Source: Phyllobates terribilis | Taxonomy: Eukaryota | Assembly: GCF_046119375.1 (NCBI RefSeq) | Contig: NW_027362762.1 | Location: 407,030,001-407,094,000 of the forward strand | DNA: 64,000 nucleotides | Reading direction: 5' to 3' | Shown here: piece after piece, positions 44,250 to 56,425 of the stretch | Position numbering within the stretch: position 1 is the stretch's first letter | Layout: each line of letters starts with the position of its first letter | Notes under the pieces: generated by a model | What the model was told of the DNA's origin: nothing | Databases searched by the model: none | The model's input: the letters and a program-made list of their open reading frames with translations, nothing else | Position numbers and translations under genes: made by a program

Positions 44250-46200
44250 AAAATGTGTACAATGCGATGGTCACGGTAAAGGCAGTGGAACATTAAGTCG
44301 CCCTTGTGTGCCAGATTGCCAACAGCCAAGACTTCCCTGTTCTCACCAAGAGTACGATTGTCTATGTTCTCTTTCTCCTCTGTCACCTCATTATAACCCA
44401 ATCCATGTTGAGATGAGATGAAGCTGGGCTGAGTAGCATCACCCTATATAGTTCCTTGCTCCGCCTGCAATGCCTCCTCCTTAATTGTGAGCAGCGACCG
44501 TTTCAGTAGACAGAGAAGGGGGATTGTGTTATCGCCACTCACCATCTTGGTAGAGTCCTCAAAGTTTTGGAGGATGGCACAGATGTCAGACATCCATGCC
44601 AACTCATCAGCTCTTATGTGCAGAGGCTGACCTGAATGCCGATGGACGTGTTAAAGCTTGTACTCAACAACTGCTCTCTGCTGCTCAAAATCATTCCAAA
44701 CATCTGCAACATTGATTTCCAATGCGTAGTCACATCACACACCAGTTGGTGAGCTGGAAGCTGCAAATGCTGCTGAAGCCCTGCCAGGGCGGCGTAAGCT
44801 GTAGCTGACTTTCTGAAATGGGCACACACGCGGCGTACTTTCACAAGTCGCTGTGGCAGATCCGGGTAGATTTTGAGTAACTGCAGAACCACTAAGTTGA
44901 GCACATGTGCGAGTTTGCCTAGCTTCAGAGCCACCACCAGGTTCCCTGATACAGCTTTCAACAACTCTGCAATGGTGTGCTGTTTGTTGCCTAAGCATAC
45001 AGTCCTGCTTATTGTTATTTGCACACACAAATTTTAAGTAAATAATCTGGAATATGTCCTGAAAAAATGAATCAAGTGATGGAGATGGAGGCTGAAGAGG
45101 ACCAGGAGGAGGTGGTGCAGGAGCTGTAGGGGCAACCCTGATTGACCCAGGGCCCGCAATCCTCTGCACTGGGAAGACGTGTTCTGTTCTAGGGTCACAG
45201 TGGGTCCCTGCTTCCACAATATTAACCCAGTGGAATGGGTCAGTGAGATGAACCATCCCTGGCCACATTAACTTGTCCAAATGTTTGTGGTTAGGCGAAC
45301 CTTCCAACTTAAGTGCACTGAGGACGGTACGGGTAATGTTCTGGGACACGCGCTTGTGGAAGGTGGAGATGCTACCGGGAGAAATAGTGGCAGCTGGGGA
45401 CAGAGTATGGACACCTGGCCGCCGCCATGAGGTTGTGGAAAGCTTACGCCTCTAAGAGCCTAAAAGACAACATTTCAAGTACATGCAGTACAGAAATATG
45501 ACAGTTTAGTATTGCGGCCTATGGGTGGGTGGGTGGCTGGATGCATACTTGTGCTTGCATTCCAAGTAACACAAAGCTAAGGAGATGGATGATCCGACCA
45601 TCATGTATAATTTGGTCATTGTCTCGGAGACCGAGCACAATATTAACCCAGTGATGTGTCAGTGAGATGCACTGTCCCTGGCCACATTCATTTGTCCACG
45701 TGTTTGTGGTTAGGCAGTCCTTCCCACTTAAGTGCACTGGGGAGGGCACAGGTAATGTTCTTGGACTGGCACTTGTGGAAGGTGGAGACGATAACGGGAG
45801 AAATAGTGGCGGCTGGGGACCGAGTATGCATACTCGGACGCCGCTGCCATGAGGTTGTGGTAAGCTTCCACCTCCATGAGTCTTAAAGGTAACATTTCAA
45901 GTGCAAGCAGTCCTGAAATGTGACAGTTTAGTATTGTGGCCTGTGGGTGGGTGATTGGCTGCATACTTGCGCTTTCATTGCAAGGACTGTGGTAAGGACA
46001 AATGAATGCTGCAAAGGGGCAAGGACTTGGACGGCAACGGTTGCACGTTTGCAACGACAGGTTCAGAGTGGGAGGCAACTTTGCATGCGCTGTAGACAGG
46101 TTATTGGCATGCACGCACAACACCGGAATAGGCAGTGGTGTCACCCGCAGACACCGTTTCTGGGCCCTGGCGTTTGGCCAAACTAATCGGGTGCTTTGCT
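44250..46200 (-). pseudogene. hAT transposase fragments, including a tandemly repeated segment (~45230-45560 and ~45640-45960)
   Basis: GNLVVAL...AHVLNLVV...VCAHFRKSATA...CDVTTHW; repeated LPLRLMEVEAYHNLM...PSRHYFSR segment. Confidence 0.8.
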
Positions 46201-46604
46201 GTCATGTCCAATCCATTTTAGTTTTGTTTTTGTATGTTTTAATGTGAGTCCGTAAAAGTGGTGTAATCCCTCTGACAGCATTGTTGACAGCAGTGACCTG
46301 GGAGTCAGAGATGCTTGCAGGGGTCTTCTCCATGCTGTCCCATGCTGTTCCCATGTCATTTGAGCACTGTTTCCATCGATTTGGGCAATTTTTATGCCCT
46401 CTGCAGACCGCTGGGGGGCGCCAGAAAAATGCTTGAGTTTTTCATAGACTTGTATTGGGCTCGTTACTCGGACCAAGTACTCGAGCATTCCAATTTGCTC
46501 AACTCTAGCAACGAGTACTCGAGCATTTTAGTGGTCGCTCATCACTAGTGCCTATCTATTACGACTTGATACATTTGGAACAAACTATATTGTGTCTCAA
46601 TATA

Positions 46605-48173
46605 CAGTCATGGCCAAAAGTTTTGAGAATGACACCAAAATTATATTTTCACATGATCTGCGGGCCGCTGGTTTTTATTAGTGTTTGTCTGATGTTTATA
46701 TCACATACAGAAATATAATTGCAATCATATTATGAGTACCAATAGGTTATATTGACAGTTAGAATGAGTTAATGCAGCAAGACAATATTTGCAGTGTTGC
46801 CCCTTCTTCTTCAAGACCTCTGTAATTCTCCCTGGCATGCTCTCAATCAACTTTTGGACCAAATCCTGACTGTTAGCAGTCCATTCTTGCATAATCAATG
46901 CTTGCATTTTGCCTGAATTTGTTGGTTTTTGTTTGTCCACCCGTCTCTTGATGATTGACCACAAGTTCTCAATGGGATTAAGATCTGGGGAGTTTCCAGG
47001 CCTTGGACCCAAAATCTCTATGTTTTGTTCCATGAGCCATTTAGTTATCACCTTTGCTTTATGGCAATGTGCTCCATCATGCTGGAAAAGGCATTGTTGG
47101 GCGCCAAACTGCTCTTGGACGGTTGGGAGAAGTTGCTCTTGGAGGACATTCTGGTACCATTCTTTATTCATGGCTGTGTTTTTAGGCAAGACTGTGAGTG
47201 AGCCGATTCCCTTGGCTAAGAAGCAACCCCACACATGAATGGTTTCAAGATGCTTTACAGTTGGCATGAGACAAGACTGGTGGTAGCGCTCACCTCTTCT
47301 TCTCCGAATAAGCTGTTTTCCAGATGTCCCAAACAATCGAAAAGGGGATTCATCAGAGAAAATGACTTTGCCCCAGTCCTCAGCAGTCCACTCCCTGTAC
47401 CTTTTGCAGAATATCAGTCGGTCCCTGATGTTTATTCTGGAGAGAATTGGCTTCTTTGCTGCCTTCCTTGAAACCAGCCCTTGCTCAAAGAGTCTCCGCC
47501 TCACAGTGCGTGCAGAAGCACTCACACCAGCCTGCTGCCATTCCTAAGCAAGCTCGGCACTGCTGGTAGTCCGATCCCGCAGCTGAAACAGTTTTAAGAT
47601 ACAGTCCTGGCGCTTGCTGGTCTTTCTTGGGCGCCCTGGAGCCTTTTGACAACAATGGAAGCTCTCTCCTTGAAGTTCGTGATGATGCGATAGATTGTTG
47701 ACTGAGGTGCAATCTTTGTAACTGCGATACTCTTCCCTGTTAGGCCATTTTTGTGCAGTGCAATGATGGCTGCACGTGTTTCTTTAGAGATAACCATGGT
47801 TAACTGAAGAGAAACAATGATACCAAGAACCAGCCTCCTTTTAAAGTGTCCAGTGATGTCATTCTTACTTAATCATGACTGATTGATTGCCAGCCCTGTC
47901 CTCATCAACACCCACACCTGGGTTAATGGATCAATCACTAAAACGATGTTAGCTGCTCCTTTTAAGGCACGACTGCAATGATGTTGAAATGTGTTTTGGG
48001 GGTTAAAGTTCATTTTCTGGGCAAATATTAACTTTGCAAGTGCAGTAATTGCTGTTAAGCTGATCACTCTTTGACATTCAGGTGTATATGCAAATTGCCA
48101 TTACAAAAAATGAAGCAGCAAACTTTGGAAAAATTACTATTTGTCTCATTCTCAATACTTTTGGCCATGACTG
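46605..48173 (-). mobile_element. Full-length Tc1/mariner element with DD35E transposase pseudogene (~46783-47797)
   Basis: TIRs CAGTCATGGCCAAAAGT...; TA TSDs 46603-46604 / 48174-48175; IFSDES, QHDGAH and 35 residues to PIE; a 1-bp frameshift near 47645, a premature TAG near 47545, and a lost stop codon. Confidence 0.93.
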
Positions 48174-48339
48174 TATATTAATAATTTATGGGTTACAATG
48201 GGCAAAATTCTTAATGTCTCCAATTGTGGAATAATGGTTCCTCCCATTCTGGCCCCCATACAGAAATATTTTTCATTAACTGGCTCCATACATTAATAAT
48301 ACTGTATAATACAATTAGCCACATTCAGCGATAATGTCC

Positions 48340-49110
48340 CAAAATTAGCCCCCTAAAATAATGTCCCCCACTTTCCAATGATAATGTCCCCTTATCCTGT
48401 AATATTATCCCTCATCCTGGCCCCATCCTGTAATAATGTCAATCATCGTGTTACTATGTCTTTTTCCTACCTACCTTTCCCACTAGCCCCATAATAATGT
48501 CCCCATATCTGGTAATAATCTCCGCCATCCTGCCCTTCGTATTGTAATAATGTCCCCCATCCTGCAATAATGTTTGCTATCCTGCAATAATGCCCTCTGT
48601 CCTGGCTCTCAACCTATAATTATGTCCCCCATCCTGACCCCTATCCTGTAATAATGCCACCTATCTTGTTATATCGTCCCCTATCCTGTAATAATGGCCC
48701 CATCCTGTTGTAATGTCACCCTGGATCCTATAATTATGTCCTTTGCTCTGGCCTGCAATCTGTAGTAATTTCCCCCATCCTGGCCCCCATTCTGTAATAA
48801 TGTCACCCATCCTGTGATAATGTCCTCCATCCTGGTCCCCATTCTGGAATAATGTCATTCATCCTGGCCCCTTCTTGTAATAATGCCCTCCATCGGTATT
48901 AATGGCACCAACCTGCATCACCCATTCTTGGCCCCATCCTGAAATAATAATCTCCATCATGCCCCCATGCTCTAATTATGTCCTCTGTTCTGTCACCCAT
49001 CATGTAATAATATCCTCCGTTCTGGCACCCATCCTGTAATAATGTTCTCCATCATAGCCCTGACTCTGTACTAATGTCTTCCGCTACAGCCCCCATCCTG
49101 TAATAAATGT
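48340..49110. repeat. Degenerate ~20-35-bp minisatellite (cccatcctgtaataatgtcc)
   Basis: Motif recurs more than 20 times with variation. Confidence 0.8.
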
Positions 49111-49924
49111 CTGGCGCTGTTCACATACACTTAATAAAAAAATTCCTATCAAACAATGAGTCAAAATATTAGGCTTTGTCATTTTTAAAATGAGGAAATT
49201 TTGCCAATATCACATGTCTGTTAGTGGCAAAAGTGGCAAAAGTATGTTAATTAGAATTAGTTAGAATCTTGTGTCTAATTTCTGGTAATTGTTAATTAGT
49301 CGTATACATGGTCTTTGATAAATTTTTCTTCCCTGCAAAACTGTTTCAATTCGGTTATGTTGGTAGATTTCTCCCTTAAACTGCTTGCTTCAGGGCCTTC
49401 CACAACATTTCTATAGGATTAAGATTAGGATTTTGACTTTCAAAAACTTTATTCTTTTTTGAACATTTTGTTATAGAATCACTTGTGTAGTTTGGGTTCT
49501 TATCTTGCTGGTTGAACCACATTCTTTTGACATATGTCTCATCAACTGAAGTCCTGTAATTTTGCTTCGGAATTTATGTTTATTCTTCAGAGTTCATTCT
49601 TTCATTCTTCAGAGTTCATTCTTTCATTATTGATGGCAACTACTCTGGCCCAGATGCAGCAAATCAAGCTCAAACCATGATATTACTACCACCTTTGTTT
49701 ACAGATTGAATGAGGTTTTAATGCTGTAATATGCTGTCTTTTTTTCTTCAAACATAATGCTTTTCAATGAAACTGAATAGCTTCATTTTGGTCTTATCCA
49801 TCCACAAAACATTGTTCCAAGTGGCTTCTGACTTATCCAAGTGTTCTAAATAGGCAGAAATGTCCTTGCAATCCTGCCATGTACACATTGTTGTTTAGAG
49901 TCCTTCTTTTAGTGAACATATGAA

Positions 49925-50379
49925 TAGTGATGGGCAAACCAGTAGATGTTCAGATCTGGCGTCTTCGGCCAAACATTTAAAAAAAGTTTGGTTCGTGTAG
50001 CAGAACGGCATCTGAACTCGAATCCGAACCCAGACCCATTAAGATGAATGTGAGGACCGTAAATCTGTTATTTCACTGATGAATACTCTCATCAGCCACG
50101 CCTGCTCTCATTGCTATCAACAAGAGCAGGTGTAAAATGATGAGAGTAGTACTCTCATCAGCCGACGCCTGTGAATGGCGGTAACTTTTTTACCGCCGGT
50201 CAGAGCTGTTGGCTCACAACCGATGATCAGAGCCACCGGTGTTTCTCGCGCTGTCACACAAATGACAGTGCAGGAAACACCCGATGTTCGGGCTGCCAAA
50301 TCCGAACTGTAACACGGGCTTCCTGGAGTGTTTGGGGTCCATGCACCAACACTTTACTGTTCGGGTTCGCCTATCACTA
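49925..50379. mobile_element. hAT MITE (455 bp)
   Basis: TIRs tagtgatgggcaaacc / ggttcgcctatcacta; perfect TSD CATATGAA (49917-49924 / 50380-50387). Confidence 0.9.
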
Positions 50380-50387
50380 CATATGAA

Positions 50388-51082
50388 TCGAGATGGGCGG
50401 ATTGTTTAAATTTCAAATTCATCAGCTTCTTTATGTTGAATTTTCACCCAAAATTTGATTCACGGTGAACAAATCCACCATGAATCGGAATACTGAAAAG
50501 CCAGCAATTGCACAGAGCATTTTGAGAGAGTCATCTTACTGAAATTACTGCAATCCAGTTGAACCTGGAGATGAAACCCAGCTCTGCTGCAGAAACTGCC
50601 AGTTATGAGTCTGGCTGTTATTTTCTTGGACCCATTGATTTCTGATCCTAGGGAGCGTAAGGAAGATGGGAAAGTTAAGCCACTTGAAGCACTTAAAATT
50701 GCTGTTAAAACTTGGGACGTATAGAGGAAAATAATGTAATAGTGAGCACAGCAAAAGCTATCTCATTTTTCTAATAGAGAATGTCACAAGTACTGTCACC
50801 AGTTGTACAAGGTTTGATATTTCATTAGAGAGGCTGAGATAGACCATATAATGTCATATCTGCAAGGCAATGTGGATAAGCCCGCGTGGGCATGGAAAAA
50901 TTCTTTAACTGATGCTTATGATGAATCTGATGCTTCAGCGATGTGTAAAATGGTGCTGGGGAATTTTTTTTTTATCATCCTCATGAATCGATTGCAAAGT
51001 TTTCAAAATCGGATGAAACTGTGAATTTCAGGAAATTCGACTGAAAGTTGATCCTCCATGGATTGATCTGAATTGATCTCTA
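50388..51082. mobile_element. Older hAT MITE abutting the previous one
   Basis: Degenerate TIRs tcgagatgggcg / tgatctcta; flanks catatgaa and ctcatgaa match 6 of 8. Confidence 0.55.
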
Positions 51083-51492
51083 CTCATGAACATTAATATT
51101 AGTTTACCCTGTGTTTACCTCACAGACTACTGTTCTCCTTACTCTTGGGGTGATCATTGTTGGTCACCACTACTCCATTTATGTATACTATGTCTGTTGG
51201 TGTATTCATGGATTTTAAAGTTATGTAGAGATGGTTTTGTATCCATTTCCAGCCTGATGAATATCAGCGACTCTTCACGAACATCCTTTGTTTGTGCCAT
51301 GATACACTTCCAAGAACACGTGTTGTTAAAATCAGACTTTGATAGATCCCTGATTTTAAATTAAGACAGGTTGCTCACTCACATCTGATTGTCATCCCAT
51401 TAATTGGAAACACCAGAATCTAATTTCACCTTCAAATTATATGCTAATCTTAAACCCTTTTTCAGATGTGTTTTATACATATAGAACATGTA

Positions 51493-53141
51493 CAGTCATA
51501 TGAAAAAGTTTGGGCACCCCTATTAATCTTAAGCTTAATGTTTTATAAAAATTGGTGTTTTTGCAACAGCTATTTCAGTTTGATATATGTAATAACTGTT
51601 GGACACAGTAATGTTTCTGCCTTGAAATGAGGTTTATTGTGCTAACAGAAAATGTGCAATCTGCATTCAAACAAAATTTGACAGGTGCATAAGTATGGGC
51701 ACCCTTAACATTTTCTTGTTTTAAATACTCCTGCCTACTTTTTACTGACTTACTAAAGCACTTTTTTTGGTTTTGTAACCTCATTGAGCTTTGAACTTTA
51801 TAGCCAGGTGTATGCAATCATGAGAAAAGCTACTTAAAGTGGCCACTTGCAAGTTGTTCTCCTGTTTGAATCTCCTCTGAAGAGTGGCATCATGGGCTCC
51901 TCAAAACAACTGTCAAATGATCTGAAAACAAAGATTATTCAACATAGTTGTTCAGGGGAAGGATACAAAAAGCTGTCTCAGAGATTTAACCTGTCAGTTT
52001 CCACTGTGAGGAACATAGTAAGGAAATGGAAGAACATAGGGACAGTTCTTGTTAAGGCCAGAAGTGTCAGGACAAGAAAAACATCAGAAAGGCAGAGAAG
52101 AAGAATGGTGAGATCAGTCAAGGACAATCCTCAGACCACCTCCAGAGAGCTGCAGCATCAACTTGCTGCAGATGGTGTCACTGTGCATCGGTCAACTATA
52201 CAACGCACTTTGCACAAGGAGAAGCTGTATGGGAGAGTGATGCGAAAGAAGCCGTTTCTGCAAGTACGCACAAACAGAGTCGGCTGAGGTATGCAAAAGC
52301 ACATTGGAAGAAGCCTATTTCTTTTTGGAAGAAGGTCCTGTGGACTGATGAAACCAAGATTGAGTTGTTTGGTCATACAAAAAGGCGTTATGCATGGTGG
52401 CAAAAAAACACAGCATTCCAAGAAAAACACTTGCTACCCACAGTAAAATTTGGTGGAGGTTCCATAATGCTTTGGGGCTGTGTGGTCAATGCCGGCACTG
52501 GGAATCTTGTTAAAGTTGAGGGACGCATGGATTCCACTCAGTATCAGCAGATTCTTGGCAATAGTGTTCAAGAATCAGTGATAAAGTTGAAGTTACGCAG
52601 TGGATGGATCTTTCTGCAAGACAATGATCCAAAACACCGCTCCAAATCTACTCAGGCATTCATGCAGAGGAACAATTACAATGTTCTGGAATGGCCATCC
52701 CAGTCCCCAGACCTGAATATCATTGAACATCTGTGGGATCATTTGAAGAGGGCTGTCCATGCTCGGCGACCATCAAACTTAACTGAACTGGAATTGTTTT
52801 GTAAAGAGGAATGGTCAAAAATACCTTCATCCAGGATCCAGGAACTCATTAAAAGCTACAGGAAGCGACTAGAGGCTGTTATTTTTGCAAAAGGAGGATC
52901 TGCTAAATATTAATGTCACTTTTCTGGTGAGGTGCCCATACTTATGCACCTGTCAAATTTTGTTTGAATGCAGATTGCACATTTTCTGTTAGTACAATAA
53001 ACCTCATTTCAAGGCAGAAACATTACTGTATCCAACAGTTATTACTTATATCAAACTGAAATAGCTGTTGCAAAAACACCAATTTTTATAAAACATTAAG
53101 CTTAAGATTAATAGGGGTGCCCAAACTTTTTCATATGACTG
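51493..53141 (+). mobile_element. Full-length IR/DR-type Tc1 element (1649 bp)
   Basis: ~210-bp TIRs with outer (aagtttgggcaccc) and inner (aagtatgggcaccc) direct repeats; TA TSDs 51491-51492 / 53142-53143. Confidence 0.95.
51892..52913 (+). pseudogene. DD34E Tc1 transposase with a single 1-bp frameshift at ~52269
   Basis: MGSSKQLSNDL...GYKKLSQRF HTH region; LWTDET, LQDNDPKH and 34 residues to IIE. The second frame is open from 52269 to the stop. Confidence 0.92.
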
Positions 53142-53939
53142 TACCAATTATAATCTGTTCATATGTCCATGTTTTGTTGTGAACTGAGTGGTCCGCAAAA
53201 AAAATAGAGACATGCCTGTTTTTTATCTAAATCACAGAAGAAAATTACACATAAAAATCTATGGGTTTGTGAAAATCACGGATAGCACCCGGATGGTATC
53301 CATGTGCAATCCGTTTGCCGTCCTTGATTATTATTGCAATGGATTTGAGAACCTCTGCAGTTTCTCTAATTTATCAGTGAAAAATCACGGATAAAACACT
53401 AAGGGTAAAAAGTGACATGCTGGTGAACAATGGTCCTTGTTCTTACATACGTGAAAAATCACAAATGTATACATGAAGTATTCTGATCCACATACTTTTG
53501 TCACACACAGACAGGTGATCATTTTGGATCATTTTCCTTATTTAAAAATTACAAAGTATAATATTTTTTACTTATTTGTTTTAGTTGCTTCTCTTTATCT
53601 GCTTTTAGCACTTGTGTGAAAATCAGATAGTTTTAAGTCAAATTAATGCAAAAATAAAATTATGAAGGGTTGATAAACTTTCAAACTCCACTGTATCACA
53701 CAACGTGTGAACCTGAACATTTGAACTTGTGAGCTAAATATTTCACCAAATCTTATTTGCGCATTATTATGGAGGTCTGAATCCAAACACCACTTGCTGG
53801 CCCATACATTCAGCTGGAATCTGAATTCAGCTGGAATTATCTGGTATGAAAACAAATGGATCAAAGGATATATAAATGTTGTAATTATTCTGGATAGTTA
53901 TGTAGCCAATACATTAAAAATATTATACTATATTTTAAT

Positions 53940-54420
53940 TCTACTCTTCAACATTGAAATTGCAGCACCAGGAAGAAAGAGTTGTGCAATTATTAAAATC
54001 TCAGGATCAATAAACATGTTAATGATATGCAAATGATTAAAAAATGGAAGGAATATTTTTAAAACATCTTGATTTTTTCAATATCGAGTATACACATACT
54101 TACATGCCTTGGCATGCGATTAATGAGATTATTAATGGTTGTCTGAGGAATGTCCTTCAACACTGAATGAAACTGGTCATCCAAATCATAAAGATCTACT
54201 GTTGGCTGGTACCTTTGCAATTGCCGATCAAGGTAGTACGTTTAGGCCATGCATGCTGCTCTCTGTAGCAATAGCAACATGCATCCTTGCATAATTTTTA
54301 CAATTTTCTTTACATTTTTTTCTCAGTTGCATATAATTAGCAAGTCTAGTAATCCTGTGATTTTCAGAATTCCATGACTTTTCTTCCTTGGTGTTGCACT
54401 TTCAATGTCTGATGTTTTTA
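53940..54420. mobile_element. Old Tc1-like internally deleted remnant
   Basis: Inverted repeats acattgaaattgcagcaccaggaagaaag / cttttcttccttggtgttgcactttcaatgt. Confidence 0.5.
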
Positions 54421-55599
54421 TTTACTGGTAGTAGAGAAGTGGGTTTTGTAAAAGTCGAGTGAGAGAGGATCTTTGACCTATGTGTGCAAGAGAATTATCA
54501 AAGCTTCCTTCAATGATTCGGGCAAATTATGTTATATGCTTGCAGCAATCAATACCTCTGAAAGGTTTGCTATAATTTGCTATATTCCAACTGCAAGACC
54601 CTAAATTTCTGGCGTGTTATTAATAGATAATGAAGGAACCACCTCCTTAAGTTCTTCTAGTCTTAGCGGGGCATTAACAAGCTCTCTGAGAGGGCTATTT
54701 GGGGAAGGGTAACCTTGTCCAAATATGTAAAAATGTTCTTATTGGACTCTATTCATTGATCATGAATTTACATAAAGTTAAACATTAGGACTGAAAGGTT
54801 TCTGCCATATCTTGATAGATACCATATTTCATCATCACTCTTTCTGCAGTCACATAAGATTGCTCCACTTGCACCTCATTGCAGCAAGCATGTGTTCTCC
54901 TTTTTCTTCCTTTGCATAGATCAAGTGCCTTTGAAATGCTTGTTTGTTTGCAACCTCTAAAATATGTTCTTGCAACATTTTCTGGGCATCTTGCCAGCAT
55001 TTTAATAATTCAGGGGTAGTTCGTAACGTGCTATTTCTGCATCTTGCAATCTCTGAGGGCTTAATGTATCTAGTTTTTGCTCTACTGATAGGCTGGGTTA
55101 AAAAAAAAAACTATGATTGCTTCATACATGACCACCAATATTCATATTGAGAAATTCAACTAGCATATTAAGCAGAGTACCAATATCTCTAATGTTAGGA
55201 AAAAAGGTATCAAGTTTAAACAGTTATATGCAAGGGCGAATACCCTGTGAATTGCAGATCTCCATCAATAGAGAGGAGTGATCCTATAAGACTGTGGTTA
55301 AACTCTCTGTATTTGTAATTTATCTAGCTATTGTGATAAACCTTAAGGGCAACAAAGGTGTAAATTATAATAACATAAAAGTTGCCTATCTTTCAGGTGT
55401 TTTATGTGCCTTAAATCTAACAGCAAAAGTTCACTCAATAAGTTTCCAAAGGCCGTTGGGCTAGCTACCTGTGCAATGTCTGTTTTTATCTTATCTTCTT
55501 AGTAATGACTGTAATTAAGAATGAAACGGGGTAATAAATGGAACATCTGGTCATACTCCATAAATCACTGCAATGGTTCAGAGAAAAACATACTATACT

Positions 55600-55808
55600 T
55601 TAAAATCTGTTGGGGACCAAGCCATGCTGGAGAATAGTCAGACAGGGGGATCCCCGGTGGCTTCTCCTTGTTCACCGCCCTGGATTGATGGGTCTCTCCC
55701 TACATGTGTATCTAGGGAGAGACCTATAATTCCAAGGCAGTGGGCAGGGAGAAGCCACCGGGGATCTTCTTTACTGACTAGTCTCCAGTCAACTCTGTCC
55801 ACTTTTAA
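55600..55808. mobile_element. Degenerate TTAA-bounded foldback MITE
   Basis: Internal IRs tggagaatagtcag..ccggtggcttctcc / ggagaagccaccgg..ctgactagtctcca, with TTAA at both ends. Confidence 0.45.
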
Positions 55809-56234
55809 AGTATATTTTCCTCTGAAACGCTGCAGTGTTTGAGAGTCAAGTATTACAGCACAAACATAAATCTTGCTCAATAAAGCCACTAACTACACAC
55901 TTCGGCAAACTTCGGCAACATAAACTTCTTAGCCAAGTGTCCAGCACCATGGAGAGGAATTTTGGACTACCTTCCTGGGCCAACTGATACAGACATATAG
56001 CCTCCTTGCTCTGCCATTCTCTGTTTTATAGACCATCAGTCTCCAGGACAGCAGGGCATGCTTTGGATGTTAGCATCCAGATCCAGGTGGTGAAAATGTC
56101 ACCATATCGCTCCATTTGCACTTGGACACAAAGAGAAAGTAAAAACTTGGCCTGTTAGCTCATTGTGGATTTGGTGTGGGTATCATTTTTTCAGGGTCAT
56201 TGCATTTAAACTGCCATTCATTGGGTTAAAATTA

Positions 56235-56425
56235 TACAATCAGTATATTTTGTCAGTATTCAGTCAGTATTTTGTCTCAGGAGTGGGAGCCAAAACCAGG
56301 AGTGGGTGATAAATGGAGAATTGGTGACTTGTTTCTATTATACATTTTCTCTGATTGTTTCTCACCTGGTTTTGGCTCCCACTTCTAAGAAAAAATACTG
56401 ACCTAATACAGACCAAATACTGAGA
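56235..56425. mobile_element. Foldback MITE
   Basis: Perfect 18-bp IR gtgggagccaaaaccagg (56283-56300) / cctggttttggctcccac (56365-56382), with cagtatt/aatactg outer motifs. Confidence 0.5.

Larger units (their letters stand above)
33643..46547 (+). mobile_element. 12.9-kb composite non-autonomous hAT ('hAT-D', hAT-B-family termini)
   Basis: Perfect 13-bp TIRs TAGTGATGAGCGA / TCGCTCATCACTA. Perfect TSD GTGCCTAT at 33635-33642 and 46548-46555. The left end is homologous to the 24348 end, and the right end to the 434 and 60327 ends. Confidence 0.9.
49150..51450 (-). mobile_element. Old, heavily decayed Tc1 element split by two hAT MITEs
   Basis: Minus-strand MAQTKDV...IHQAGNGYKTIS at ~51200-51300 and FNQQDKNP / NLNPIEMLWKALKQAV at ~49390-49500. 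Confidence 0.7.

Noticed and set aside
55970-56140. Minus-strand ERYGDIFTTWI resembling a cytochrome P450 motif
   Set aside because: Short match followed by a stop, with no other P450 motif nearby.
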